Shown: positions 1-10,020 of the stretch, in pieces
How the letters are laid out: each line of letters begins with the position of its first letter
Position numbering within the stretch: position 1 is the stretch's first letter
NCBI GenBank assembly: GCA_963749075.1
Contig: CAVVLJ010000020.1
Location: forward strand, 480,001 to 544,000
DNA: 64,000 nt
DNA from: an uncultured Pseudomonadota bacterium
GTDB taxonomy: Bacteria; Pseudomonadota; Alphaproteobacteria; JACZXZ01
Direction of reading: 5' to 3'
Made by a program: the position numbers and the translations under genes
Notes under the pieces: model-generated
Database searches by the model: none
The model's input: only the letters and a program-made list of their open reading frames with translations
Told to the model about the DNA's origin: nothing

Positions 1-333
1 GCGCGCGCCGGCGCGGTCGGCGCCTATTGGCGCGACCATTTGGGCCGGCTCTCCCAGAAATACGAGGCGATCGGCGACGTGCGCGGCCGCGGCCTCATCC
101 AGGGCCTCGAGTTCGTCAAGGACCGCAGCGCCAAGGAGCCTTTCTACGAGCTCGGCAAGGCGGTCTACGAGCACTGCCTCGCGGACGGCCTCGTCTTCAG
201 CGTGCGCCGCCAGGGCAGCGTCATCCGCTTCGTGCCGCCCTTCACGACGAGCGAGGAGCAGCTCGACCGCGCGGCCGAGAAGCTCGACCGCGGCATCGCC
301 GCCAGCCTCGACCGGCTGGTCCGGCGCGGATGA
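1..333 (+). CDS. Class-III PLP aminotransferase, C-terminal part (runs off the 5' edge)
   Basis: Frame is open from base 1. IGDVRGRGLIQGLEFVKDR and VIRFVPPF motifs. Stop overlaps the next ATG (ATGA). Confidence 0.85.
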   Translation, partial: ARAGAVGAYWRDHLGRLSQKYEAIGDVRGRGLIQGLEFVKDRSAKEPFYELGKAVYEHCLADGLVFSVRRQGSVIRFVPPFTTSEEQLDRAAEKLDRGIAASLDRLVRRG

Positions 334-1059
334 TCAGCTTCGAAGGTGTCAGCAAGTGGTTCGGGGCACTCCAGGTCCTGAACGGCGTCTCGCTCGAGAT
401 CGCGGCCGGCGAGGTGGTGGTGGTGTGCGGTCCCTCCGGCTCGGGCAAGAGCACGTTGCTCCGCTGCATCAACCGCCTCGAGCCCGTCGAGGAGGGACGC
501 ATCCTGGTCGACGGCCTCGAGGTCACGAGCCCGAAGGTCGATTTGAACCGCCTGCGCGCCGAGATCGGCGTCGTCTTCCAGTCCCTCAACCTCTATCCCC
601 ACATGACGGCGCTCCGGAACATCACGCTGGCGCCCATGGTGGTGCGCGGCATCTCGAAGCTCCAGGCCGAGGCGCGCGCGCGCGAGCTCCTCGCCAAGGT
701 GGGGATCGGCGAGAAGGCGGCGAGCTACCCGAGCCAGCTCTCCGGCGGCCAGCAGCAGCGCGTCGCCATCGCCCGCGCGCTCGCCATGCGGCCGAAGATC
801 ATGCTGTTCGACGAGCCGACCTCGGCACTCGATCCCGAGATGATCCAGGAGGTGCTCGAACGTCATGAGCGACCTCGCGCGCGACGGCATGACCATGCTG
901 GTCGTCACCCACGAGATGGGCTTTGCCCGGCGCGTGGCGCACAGGATCATCTTCATGGACGAAGGCGGAATCGTCGAGGAGGGCGGGCCGGAGAATTTCT
1001 TCGCGTCGCCGCGCCAGGAGCGGACGCGGCTCTTCCTCAGCAAGATACTGGTTCATTGA
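330..1059 (+). CDS. Polar amino-acid ABC transporter ATP-binding protein (GlnQ-like), one frameshift near 859
   Basis: [24 protein letters not shown] and [13 protein letters not shown]. The C-terminus ([13 protein letters not shown]) lies in another frame; removing one A from CTCGAACGTC restores VLDVM. Confidence 0.88.
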
Positions 1060-1104
1060 CGGGACGGCAAATCGCAGGGACGGCTTCAACAGGGAGATAA
1101 AGCC

Positions 1105-1920
1105 ATGACGGGACGGACCATCGCGACATTCGCGGCGCTGCTGATCTCAGGCGGGCTTGCGCTTCACGCGGCACCCGCGGCGGCCGAGCAATCGGCGCTC
1201 GACGCCGTCAAGGCGCGCGGCACGCTCATCGCAGGCGTCAAGGCGGACTACCCGCCCTTCGGCTATACCGACAAGGACGGCAAGCTCGTCGGCTTCGACA
1301 TCGACATCATGGCCTATATGGCGAAGCGCCTCGGCGTGAAGCTCGAGCTCAGGCCGGTTACCAGCGCCAACCGCATTCCCATGCTGCAGAACAGCGCCAT
1401 CGATGTGATCGCGGCGAGCCTCACCATCACCAAGGAGCGCGCCGAGGTGGTGGACTTCAGCGTGCCCTACATCGTCATCGGCTCGAAGTTCCTCGTGAGG
1501 AAGGGGAGCGGCATCAAGACGTGGCACGACCTTGCCGGCAAGACCGTCGCCTATACGCAAGGGACACCGTGGGGCGAGAAGGCGCGCGCGGCCGAGCCCT
1601 CGATCAAGCCGCTCGTCTTCCAGGACAAGCCGCAGGCCGTGCTCGCGGTCATCAACGGCAAGGCCGATGCCTACGTGGACGATGCGGCTCCTCTCGTGAT
1701 GTTCGCCAAGGAGCACGCCGCCGAGCTCGTCGCCTCGGGCGATCCCTCGGTGCCCTCGCCCATGGGGATCGCGGTGCGCCCCAACGATTCGAAATGGCGC
1801 AACTACGTGGACTTCACCTTGATCGCCATGTGGCAGGACGGCACCTACCTCTCCCTCTACGAGAAGTACTTCGGCGAGAAACCGGACCCCTGCTTCAAGA
1901 TCTATCCGTGGGAACTGTGA
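1105..1920 (+). CDS. Amino-acid ABC transporter substrate-binding protein (family 3)
   Basis: Signal peptide, GVKADYPPFG, GFDIDI and RAEVVDFSVPY; GGGAG ribosome-binding site upstream. Confidence 0.92.
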   Translation: MTGRTIATFAALLISGGLALHAAPAAAEQSALDAVKARGTLIAGVKADYPPFGYTDKDGKLVGFDIDIMAYMAKRLGVKLELRPVTSANRIPMLQNSAIDVIAASLTITKERAEVVDFSVPYIVIGSKFLVRKGSGIKTWHDLAGKTVAYTQGTPWGEKARAAEPSIKPLVFQDKPQAVLAVINGKADAYVDDAAPLVMFAKEHAAELVASGDPSVPSPMGIAVRPNDSKWRNYVDFTLIAMWQDGTYLSLYEKYFGEKPDPCFKIYPWEL

Positions 1921-1957
1921 GCGGGCGGGCACGGGTGCGGAGGTGCCGCCGCCTCGC

Positions 1958-2078
1958 CCTTCGAGACGCGCGCCCGGCACGCCGGGCGCGCTCCTCAGGG
2001 TGAGGTGGCCCCGACATTCGGCGGATTTCCTCTTCCTGAGGAGGGCCGCAGGCCCGTCTCGAAGGATGAGGAAATCCG
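1958..2078. repeat. Palindromic intergenic repeat (REP/RPE-like), copy 1
   Basis: CCTTCGAGACG...CTCCTCAGGGTGAGG...CCTGAGGAG...CGTCTCGAAGG. 1985-2078 matches 10021-10114 at 88 of 94 nt by manual alignment. Confidence 0.85.
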
Positions 2079-2100
2079 TAGGGCGCCTGAGGGCCTTGGG

Positions 2101-2757
2101 ATGAGCTTCGAGCTCCATTGGGAGGTGCTCTGGCAATACCGCCAGCTCCTCCTCGACGGGCTCGTCGTCACGGTCGAGCTCTCGGGCCTCTCGCTCCTCC
2201 TGAGCCTCGCGATCGGCGGCGTGGTCGGCTCGCTCCGCCCCTTCGCCAAGGGGCCGGCGGCCGTGCTGCTCGCGGCTTATACCGAGTTCTTCCGCAACGT
2301 TCCGCCCATCGTGCAGTTCTTCTTCTGGTACTTCGCGGTCGGGCTCAATTCCTTCACGGGCGCCGTGGTCGGCCTCTCGGTCTTCCAGAGCGCCTATATC
2401 GCCGAGGTGTTCCGCTCGGGCATCCAGGCAATCCCCAAGACGCAGATCGAGGCCGCCCGCTCGTCCGGCCTGCGTTTTCTGCAGATGATGCGCTACGTCA
2501 TCGTGCCGCAGGCCGTCATCCGCATCGTGCCCGCGCTCAGCATCGAGTTCATCAACATCATCAAGAACTCGTCCGTGGCCATGACCATCGCGGTGACCGA
2601 GCTCACCTTCCAGAGCCAGGAGATCGAGGCGCGCACCTTCCGCGGCTTCGAGGCGGCGACCGCGGTGACGCTCATCTACATCGCCCTCGCCTTCGTCGTC
2701 GTCCTTGCCATGCGGCAGCTCGAGCGGGCGCTCAGGATCGAGCTGCGCGGGGGTTGA
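2101..2757 (+). CDS. Amino-acid ABC transporter permease
   Basis: YTEFFRNVPPIVQ, SAYIAEVFRSGIQAIP and the EAA loop; hydrophobic segments. Confidence 0.9.
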   Translation: MSFELHWEVLWQYRQLLLDGLVVTVELSGLSLLLSLAIGGVVGSLRPFAKGPAAVLLAAYTEFFRNVPPIVQFFFWYFAVGLNSFTGAVVGLSVFQSAYIAEVFRSGIQAIPKTQIEAARSSGLRFLQMMRYVIVPQAVIRIVPALSIEFINIIKNSSVAMTIAVTELTFQSQEIEARTFRGFEAATAVTLIYIALAFVVVLAMRQLERALRIELRGG

Positions 2758-2758
2758 G

Positions 2759-3457
2759 ATGGATTTCTCGGTCATCCCGGACAATCTCGCCTACATGATG
2801 GAGGGCCTCGCCACCACCGTCTTCCTCGCGCTCGTCGGCATGGCGGCGAGTCTCGTGACCGGCACGCTCTTCGCCATGATGCGGCTCTCGGCGCTCGCCT
2901 GGGTCCGCCTCCCCGCGGGCGCCTTCGTCGACGTGATGCGCACCATCCCCCTCATCATGGTGATCTTCTGGTTCTTCTTCCTCTTGCCCTACGTGACGGG
3001 CAGCCCGGTCACTCCCCTCATGGCGGCACTCCTGGCGCTCATCGTCTTCAACACGAGCTATATGGCGGAGGTGGTGCGCGCCGGCATCCTCTCGGTGCCG
3101 CGCACCCAGAGCGAGGCGGCGCGCTCGGCCGGCCTCTCCTATCTCGCCGCCATGTGGTACGTCATCCTGCCCCAGGCCTTCCGCAACATGCTGCCGGCGG
3201 TGGTGAGCCGCTTCATCGCACTCTTCATGGGCACCTCGCTCGCCTACGTGATCGGCGTCACCGAGTTCTTCCGCGCCGCCAACAACGTGAACAACCGGGT
3301 CTACCAGTCCTACGTGATCTACGGCTTCGTCGCCGCGGTCTATTTCGTCTGCTGCTACGGCCTCTCGCTCCTGAGCCGCCATCTGATGCGCCGGCTCGAC
3401 CCGAGCGCGCGCGAGGCTGCCAAGCGGTGGCTGCCGCGCTCGCTCGAATCGGCTTGA
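2759..3457 (+). CDS. Amino-acid ABC transporter permease
   Basis: FVDVMRTIPLIM, SYMAEVVRAGILSVP and VILPQAFRNMLP. Confidence 0.9.
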   Translation: MDFSVIPDNLAYMMEGLATTVFLALVGMAASLVTGTLFAMMRLSALAWVRLPAGAFVDVMRTIPLIMVIFWFFFLLPYVTGSPVTPLMAALLALIVFNTSYMAEVVRAGILSVPRTQSEAARSAGLSYLAAMWYVILPQAFRNMLPAVVSRFIALFMGTSLAYVIGVTEFFRAANNVNNRVYQSYVIYGFVAAVYFVCCYGLSLLSRHLMRRLDPSAREAAKRWLPRSLESA

Positions 3458-3476
3458 GGTGCCTAAAGGGAGGTTG

Positions 3477-4847
3477 ATGATGAAACGCGAAGAGGCCCGG
3501 CGCATTGCCCGGGAATGGATGTTCCCCACTGCCGGCTCGAGCTACATGGGCGGGCTCGAGGAGCGCCCCATCTGGGCGCAATCGCTTGGCTCGACGGTGA
3601 TCGACACGGAGGGCAGGCGCTATCTCGACTTCCAGTCGGGCCAGATGGGTGCCGCCCTCGGCCACCAGCATCCGCGCATCGTGGCGGCCATCGCGGAGAC
3701 GATGAAGTCGCTCATGCACGGCTCCAACACCATGCTCAACGTGCCGCGCTTGCGGCTCCACGAGCGGCTCGGCAAGCTCCTCCCCGCTCCCCTCAAGAAA
3801 TCCGTCTTTCTCGTCTCGGGCAGCGACGCGATCGAGGCGGCCATCGACCTCGCGCGCAAGGCGACGGGCGGCCTCGACGTGCTCGGCCTCCACGCCGGCC
3901 TCCACGGCTCGACCTCCTTCGTCACGCGCTCGCTCACCTTCACCTGGGCGCGCCGCCGCCACGCCACGGTGGCGCCGGCCACCTCGGCCGTCTTGACGCC
4001 CTATTGCTACCGCTGCCCGCTCGGCCTCGCCTTCCCCAAGTGCGGCATCCAGTGCCTCAAGACGAGCATGGAGCTGGCCGACGCCAACTTCACCGCCAAG
4101 CCCGCCGCCTTCATCGGCGAGCCGATCTTGAGCGCAGGCGGTGTCATCGTGCCGCCGCCGGGCTTCTACGCGGCGATGCGCGAGGAATGCGACAAGCGCG
4201 GCATGCTGATGATCCTCGACGAGTCCCAGACCGGCTTAGGGAAGACCGGCAAGCTCTTCGGCTTCCAGCACGAGGCGGGCCTCAAGCCCGACATCATCAC
4301 CATCTCGAAGCATTTCGGCGGCGGGCTGCCGATCAGCGCCGTGTGCACGAGCGCCAAGGTGGCAGGGCGCGCGGTCAAGGCCGGCTTCTTCGCCACGCGC
4401 TCGCACGCGGGCGATCCGCTCCTCTGCGCCGCCGGCGAGGAGAGCCTGCGGATCGTCGTCGAGGAGGAGATGGCGGCGAAGGCCCTCCGCATCGAGCGCC
4501 GCATCAAGAAGGCGCTCGCAGCACTGGCCCAAGAGTTCGAGCTCATCGGCGATGTGCGCGGGCGCGGCGTCCTCGTCGGCATCGAGCTCGTGAGCGACCG
4601 TGCCAAGAAGACGCCGGCCAACGAGGCGTGCAAGGCGGTCGAGCGCCATTGCCTCGAGAAGGGCCTCATCTTCCAGAGCCGCGGCGCCGGCAGCCTCGCG
4701 AACGTCATCCGCCTGGTGCCGCCCATGACGACGACGAACGAGGAGGTGGACCGCGCCATGTCGATTCTCAGCGACGCGCTCAAGGCCGTGAGCCAGAGAG
4801 CGCGCGGCGCACGGGCGCTGCGCGCGCTGGCGCAGGCTGCGGAATAG
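3477..4847 (+). CDS. Class-III PLP aminotransferase, 2,2-dialkylglycine decarboxylase-like
   Basis: LDFQSGQMGAALGH, AAFIGEPILSAGG, DESQTG and PLP lysine in ISKHFGGG; GGAGG ribosome-binding site. Confidence 0.8.
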   Translation: MMKREEARRIAREWMFPTAGSSYMGGLEERPIWAQSLGSTVIDTEGRRYLDFQSGQMGAALGHQHPRIVAAIAETMKSLMHGSNTMLNVPRLRLHERLGKLLPAPLKKSVFLVSGSDAIEAAIDLARKATGGLDVLGLHAGLHGSTSFVTRSLTFTWARRRHATVAPATSAVLTPYCYRCPLGLAFPKCGIQCLKTSMELADANFTAKPAAFIGEPILSAGGVIVPPPGFYAAMREECDKRGMLMILDESQTGLGKTGKLFGFQHEAGLKPDIITISKHFGGGLPISAVCTSAKVAGRAVKAGFFATRSHAGDPLLCAAGEESLRIVVEEEMAAKALRIERRIKKALAALAQEFELIGDVRGRGVLVGIELVSDRAKKTPANEACKAVERHCLEKGLIFQSRGAGSLANVIRLVPPMTTTNEEVDRAMSILSDALKAVSQRARGARALRALAQAAE

Positions 4848-4920
4848 ACGCGGGCGGCTGGATGCCGCGCCTGGTTGAATGTCCGCAATTGTCAAGGGTT
4901 CAATAAGGTGCCGGGCGAAC

Positions 4921-5316
4921 TTACCACTCTTTGAAGATGAGCTTCGTCGCCTCCGCTATGCAAACCCTCTGCATGACACCTGGTCGGCTCAGTGTCAGCG
5001 GGCAGACGGTAAAGTCGCCCCAAGCGGCCTTCGTGCAAGGAGGCAACGTGAACATCTCCTGATCGAGTTTTCCGGTCAGAACTTCATCACCGGCAACGTC
5101 ACCCTTGGCGTCCGCGACACCAAGGACCCGTCTTGTCCCGACAATCCAGATCCGGACATTGGGGACCGAGGTGCAAGAGGTCATTCGGCCATGCACGGTG
5201 AAGCATTCTCCGACAAGCAAATTGCTGGCCGCGCAGGCAGGCGACTGGGCGCCGGCGTTGGTGGGGATGGAGAAGAGCACGAAGCCGATTATTGCTGCTA
5301 TGATCCGACCGAGCAC
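4921..5316 (-). CDS. Small secreted Cys-rich hypothetical protein
   Basis: GTG start after GGGAGG, signal peptide ending AGA, six Cys, CFTVHGR...RIWIVGT; GC visibly lower than the flanks. Confidence 0.6.
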   Translation of the reverse strand: MLGRIIAAIIGFVLFSIPTNAGAQSPACAASNLLVGECFTVHGRMTSCTSVPNVRIWIVGTRRVLGVADAKGDVAGDEVLTGKLDQEMFTLPPCTKAAWGDFTVCPLTLSRPGVMQRVCIAEATKLIFKEW

Positions 5317-5537
5317 AATGAACCTCCCTGATTTCTTCGCCGTGTGCCATAAATCGAGCCGAGCCTCAATGGTCCTCGAATGTCCCCCTATCGCACCTCG
5401 TTGGATGGCCGCTCTTGGCACGACCCGGCAAACTCGATCTTCACGGGACTCTTCGCGTTTGGGCACGTTTTGACGCCGCCAAGGTGCGAATGGCTGCTAT
5501 CCTGAACGTCACAACCGCCTTGTATCGAGGAGCCGTC

Positions 5538-6515
5538 ATGAAGCCGGGACGCATCGGCATACTCGCGATTCTGGGCCTTCTCGGCATGGTGTCGGTCGCT
5601 GTCGCCCAGGCGACGGCGGCGGCGGTCACGATCGGCTTTCTCAGTACCGTGGGTGATACCGGTCCGGCGCCGGCGTTCATCGAGGCGCCGCGCGAGTTGG
5701 GTTACGAAGAGGGGCGAAATCTGACGATTCTGTTTCGCTCGGCCAAGAGCACCAACGATGAGCTGCCGAAACTGGCAGCCGAGTTGGTCGGTCTCAAGCC
5801 CGATGTGCTCGTGGCGTCAGGCACGCCATCCTCTCTCGCCCTCAAGAAGACGACGGCTTCGATCCCGATCGTCATGCTCGGCATCGGCAATCCGATTGGG
5901 ACCGGCCTCGTCGCAAGCCTTGCCCATCCTGGCGGCAACGTCACGGGAACCGCCAACGCCGTTGAAGAGTGGGCCGCGAAACGGCTGCAAATGGTCACTG
6001 AGGTGCTGCCCGGGATCCGCTGCTTGATGTACCTGAGGAACCCTGCCAATCAGTCGATCATGGCGAATGCGCCGGCCTTCATGGATGCCCGCGAGAAGCT
6101 GGGTATCGAGCTCCATGTGATCGACGCAGCTACGCCCGAACAGTTGGATCAGGCATTGGCGACTCCGCTCGACGAGCGGTGCAAGGCAGCGCTCTTCCTC
6201 CCGCTGGATGGATTGTTCATCTCGCGGCGGGCCGAGATCGTCGAATTCGCGTTGCGCCACCAGATCGCCCTCTTCGCGCCGTTCCGCGAGGATGCCGAAG
6301 CCGGTGCCTTGATGTCGTTCGGGATCGACCTCGACGATCAATGGCGCCTCGGTGCCACCTATGTCGACAAGATCCTGAAGGGCGCCAAGCCGGCCAACCT
6401 CCCGGTAGAGCAACCGACCAAGTTCGAGCTGGTGATCAACCTCAAGACTGCGAAGGCGCTCGATCTCACCATTCCGCCCTTGCTCCTCGCCGGCGCCGAC
6501 ACGCTGATCGAATAG
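5538..6515 (+). CDS. ABC transporter substrate-binding protein (ABC_sub_bind type), orphan
   Basis: GLVASLAHPGGNVTG and YVDKILKGAKPANLPVEQPTKFELVINLKTAKAL. Confidence 0.88.
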   Translation: MKPGRIGILAILGLLGMVSVAVAQATAAAVTIGFLSTVGDTGPAPAFIEAPRELGYEEGRNLTILFRSAKSTNDELPKLAAELVGLKPDVLVASGTPSSLALKKTTASIPIVMLGIGNPIGTGLVASLAHPGGNVTGTANAVEEWAAKRLQMVTEVLPGIRCLMYLRNPANQSIMANAPAFMDAREKLGIELHVIDAATPEQLDQALATPLDERCKAALFLPLDGLFISRRAEIVEFALRHQIALFAPFREDAEAGALMSFGIDLDDQWRLGATYVDKILKGAKPANLPVEQPTKFELVINLKTAKALDLTIPPLLLAGADTLIE

Positions 6516-6550
6516 AATCTCTGCGAATCGTCACAAACGGGCATTCGAAC

Positions 6551-6615
6551 TGAACCGCTGCTCCTTCCTCCCGTTGTGCTGGCTCGCAGAATTCGCTAAT
6601 GTTGCGCTGCAACAT
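6551..6615 (+). promoter_or_regulatory. Candidate ECF (EcfG-type) promoter plus a perfect palindrome resembling a PhaR box
   Basis: TGAAC-N16-CGTT at 6551-6575; ATGTTGC-GCT-GCAACAT at 6599-6615. Confidence 0.45.
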
Positions 6616-6681
6616 AAGGCGGCCGCCGACGGCCGCCAACGCTTAGGCGCGCGGCCAGCGCCCGCGGCAGGGGGATAGAGC

Positions 6682-9600
6682 GTGAGCATTTCGGTCGCCC
6701 TCAACCATCGCACCGAGTACCGCTACGACCGGCGCATCTCGCTCGGCCCGCAGGTGGTGCGCCTGCGCCCGGCGCCGCACACGCGCACGCCGGTCACCGC
6801 CTATTCGCTCACCATCGAGCCGGCCGAGCATTTCCTCAACTGGCAGCAGGACCCCGAGGGCAATTTCCTCGCCCGCGTGGTGGTGCCCGAGAAGACCGAG
6901 CGGCTCGTCGTGACTGTCGATCTCGTGGCCGACATGACGGTGATCAATCCCTTCGACTTCTTCCTCGAGCCGGAGGCGGAGAGCTTTCCCTTCGCCTACG
7001 ACCACGCCCTCGACGGCGAGCTCGCACCCTTCCTCAAGGCGGCACCGGCCGGGCCGCGGCTCGCGCGTTTTCTCGCCGAGACCCCGCGCGAGCCGGTGCG
7101 CACCATCGATTTCCTCGTCGGGCTCAACCAGCGTCTGGCGCACGACATCCGCTACATCGTGCGGCTCGAGCCCGGCGTGCAGGCGCCCGAGGAGACGCTT
7201 CTGAAGGGCGAGGGCTCGTGCCGGGATTCGGGCTGGCTCCTCGTCGAGATCATGCGCCATCTCGGCCTCGCGTCGCGTTTCGTCTCCGGCTACCTCATCC
7301 AGCTCGTGGCCGACCAGAAGCCGCTCACAGGTCCGCCCGGGCCGAGCGCCGATTTCACCGACCTCCACGCCTGGTGCGAGGTCTATCTCCCGGGTGCGGG
7401 CTGGATCGGCCTCGATCCCACCTCGGGCCTCCTCGCCGGCGAAGGGCACATCCCGCTCGCCTGCTCGCTCGAGCCGCAGAGTGCGGCGCCCATCAGCGGC
7501 ACTCTCGAGGAGTGCGAGACGGTAATGAGCCACGTCATGTCGGTCAGCCGCGTGGCCGAGCGGCCGCGCGTGACGCTGCCCTATGGCGAGGCCGAGTGGC
7601 AGCGCCTGATGGCGCTCGGCGCGCGCGTCGACCGCGAGCTCGCCAAGGGCGACGTGCGCCTCACCATGGGCGGCGAGCCGACCTTCGTCGCCGCCGCCGA
7701 CCCCGACGGCGCCGAATGGAACAGCGAGGCGCTCGGCCCCACCAAGGAGCGCTACGCGAAAGCGCTCACGCGCCGCTTGGCCGGGCGCTTCGCCTCCGGC
7801 TATCTCCTCCACGACGGGCAGGGCAAATGGTATCCCGGCGAGCAGCTGCCGCGCTGGGCGCTCTCCTGCCATTGGCGCAAGGACGGCGAGCCGCTCTGGC
7901 AGGATAAGGCGCTCTTCGCCGCCGCCGACGGCGGCGATCCGGCACTCGGCCCCGAGGACGCGCGCCGCTTCGCCGCGCGCCTGGCCGAGCGCCTGCAGCT
8001 CGATCCCGCCTTGTGCGTGCCGGCCTATGAGGACGCCTGGTACTATCTCTGGAAGGAGCGGCGGCTCCCGGTCGATGTCGATCCGCGCAAGAGCGAGCTC
8101 AAGGATCCGCTCGAGCGCGCGCGTCTGGCGCGCCTCTTCGAGCAGGGCCTGCAGCACCCCGTAGGCTTCGCGCTCCCGCTCAAACGCGTCGGCGGCGGCG
8201 CCGAGCGGCGCTGGCAGAGCGAGCCGTGGCTCTTCCGTCCCGAGATCATGTTCCTCATCCCGGGCGATTCGCCGATGGGTTACCGCCTGCCTCTCGACTC
8301 GCTGCCCAAGGTTGCGGAAAGCGACTATCCCCTTATCCTTCCCGAGGACCCGACGGCCGAGCGCGCGCCCTTGCCGCGGCACCAGGCCTTCCGCCTCCGC
8401 GCCGCCGGTGAGGGAGAGGTCTCTCGTGGCGGAGCGGGGCGCCGCGAGCCGGTGCCGCTTCCCCCGCGGCCGGGCGATATCGCTGCAGGCGTGGTGCGCA
8501 CCGCCCTCTGCGTCGAGGTGCGCGGCGGGGTTCTCCGCGTCTTCATGCCGCCGGTCGAGACGGCCGAGGACTATCTCGACCTCGTGGCCGTGCTCGAGGA
8601 GGTGACGGCGGAGAGCGGCCACCCGATCTCGGTCGAGGGCTATGTGCCGCCCTCCGATCCGCGCCTGCTGCACTTCTCGGTGACGCCCGATCCCGGCGTG
8701 ATCGAGGTCAACGTGCATCCCGCGGACTCGTGGGACGAGCTCGTGCGCACCACCACCGCCGTCTACGACGAGGCGCGCGCCTCAGGCCTCGCGAGCGAGA
8801 AGTTCATGCTCGACGGCAGCCACGTGGGCACCGGCGGCGGCAACCACATGACGCTCGGCGGGCCGACGCCCGCGGATTCGCCGCTCTTGCGCCGGCCCGA
8901 TCTCCTCAAGAGCCTGCTCGGCTATTGGCACAACCACCCCTCGCTCTCCTATCTCTTCTCCGGCCTCTTCATCGGCCCGACGAGCCAGCACCCGCGCACC
9001 GACGAGGGGCGGGACGACGCCACCCTCGAGCTCGAGATCGCCTTCAAGGCGCTCGCCGCCGCCGAGACGACGCCGCCCTGGCTGGTCGACCGCATCTTCC
9101 GCGACCTCCTCGTCGACATGACCGGCAACACGCACCGCGCCGAGTTCTGCGTCGACAAGCTCTATCCCCCCGAGAGTGCGGCCGGGCGCCGCGGCCTCCT
9201 CGAGATGCGCGCCTTCGAGATGCCGCCCCATGCGCGCATGAGCCTGGCGCAGCAGGCGCTCCTGCGGGCTCTCGTCGCCTGGTTCTGGCGCGAGCCCTAC
9301 GAGCGGCCCTTGGTACGCTACGGCACGCGGCTCAACGACGAGTTCATGCTGCCCTTCTTCGCCGGCAACGACTTCGAGGACGTGCTCGACGACTTGAAGC
9401 GCGCGGGCTACGACTTCGAGCCCGCCTGGTTCGCGGCGCACCGCGAGTTCCGCTTCCCGCTCATCGGCAAGGCCGCCTGCCGCGGCATCGAGATCGAGCT
9501 GCGCCACGCGCTCGAGCCCTGGCACGTGCTCGGCGAGGACGCGGCGGCCGGCGGCACCGCGCGCTACGTCGACAGCTCGGTCGAGCGCCTGCAGGTCAAG

Positions 9601-9996
9601 CTCGAAGGCCTCACCGACGGGCGCCACCGCCTGGTGTGCAACGGCCGCTACGTGCCCCTGCGCGCGACCGGACGGCAGGCGGAATACGTGGCCGGCATCC
9701 GCTACCGCGCCTGGCAGCCGGCGCGGGCGCTCCATCCCACCATTCCGGTCGACGCGCCCCTCGTTTTCGACCTCTTCGATACTTGGAGCGGCCGGGCGCT
9801 GGGCGGCTGCGCCTACCACGTGTCCCATCCTGGCGGGCGCAGCTTCGAGACCTTCCCGGTCAATGCCAACGAGGCCGAGACGCGCCGCCGCGCGCGCTTC
9901 TTCCCCTTCGGCCACACGCCGCTCGGGACGCTGCCCGAGGAGGCGGCGCCGAGCGGGGAGCACCCGGTCACCCTCGACCTGCGCCGCTTCGCGTGA
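6682..9996 (+). CDS. Transglutaminase-like plus DUF2126 (putative amidoligase) fusion protein
   Basis: Catalytic triad motifs GSCRD, DLHAW and GLDPT; RLTMGGEPTFV, TPDPGVIEVN, GTGGGNH and GNTHRAEFCVDKLY. Confidence 0.9.
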   Translation: MSISVALNHRTEYRYDRRISLGPQVVRLRPAPHTRTPVTAYSLTIEPAEHFLNWQQDPEGNFLARVVVPEKTERLVVTVDLVADMTVINPFDFFLEPEAESFPFAYDHALDGELAPFLKAAPAGPRLARFLAETPREPVRTIDFLVGLNQRLAHDIRYIVRLEPGVQAPEETLLKGEGSCRDSGWLLVEIMRHLGLASRFVSGYLIQLVADQKPLTGPPGPSADFTDLHAWCEVYLPGAGWIGLDPTSGLLAGEGHIPLACSLEPQSAAPISGTLEECETVMSHVMSVSRVAERPRVTLPYGEAEWQRLMALGARVDRELAKGDVRLTMGGEPTFVAAADPDGAEWNSEALGPTKERYAKALTRRLAGRFASGYLLHDGQGKWYPGEQLPRWALSCHWRKDGEPLWQDKALFAAADGGDPALGPEDARRFAARLAERLQLDPALCVPAYEDAWYYLWKERRLPVDVDPRKSELKDPLERARLARLFEQGLQHPVGFALPLKRVGGGAERRWQSEPWLFRPEIMFLIPGDSPMGYRLPLDSLPKVAESDYPLILPEDPTAERAPLPRHQAFRLRAAGEGEVSRGGAGRREPVPLPPRPGDIAAGVVRTALCVEVRGGVLRVFMPPVETAEDYLDLVAVLEEVTAESGHPISVEGYVPPSDPRLLHFSVTPDPGVIEVNVHPADSWDELVRTTTAVYDEARASGLASEKFMLDGSHVGTGGGNHMTLGGPTPADSPLLRRPDLLKSLLGYWHNHPSLSYLFSGLFIGPTSQHPRTDEGRDDATLELEIAFKALAAAETTPPWLVDRIFRDLLVDMTGNTHRAEFCVDKLYPPESAAGRRGLLEMRAFEMPPHARMSLAQQALLRALVAWFWREPYERPLVRYGTRLNDEFMLPFFAGNDFEDVLDDLKRAGYDFEPAWFAAHREFRFPLIGKAACRGIEIELRHALEPWHVLGEDAAAGGTARYVDSSVERLQVKLEGLTDGRHRLVCNGRYVPLRATGRQAEYVAGIRYRAWQPARALHPTIPVDAPLVFDLFDTWSGRALGGCAYHVSHPGGRSFETFPVNANEAETRRRARFFPFGHTPLGTLPEEAAPSGEHPVTLDLRRFA

Positions 9997-10020
9997 GGGT
10001 GGGGCGGACCTTCGGCCCGC

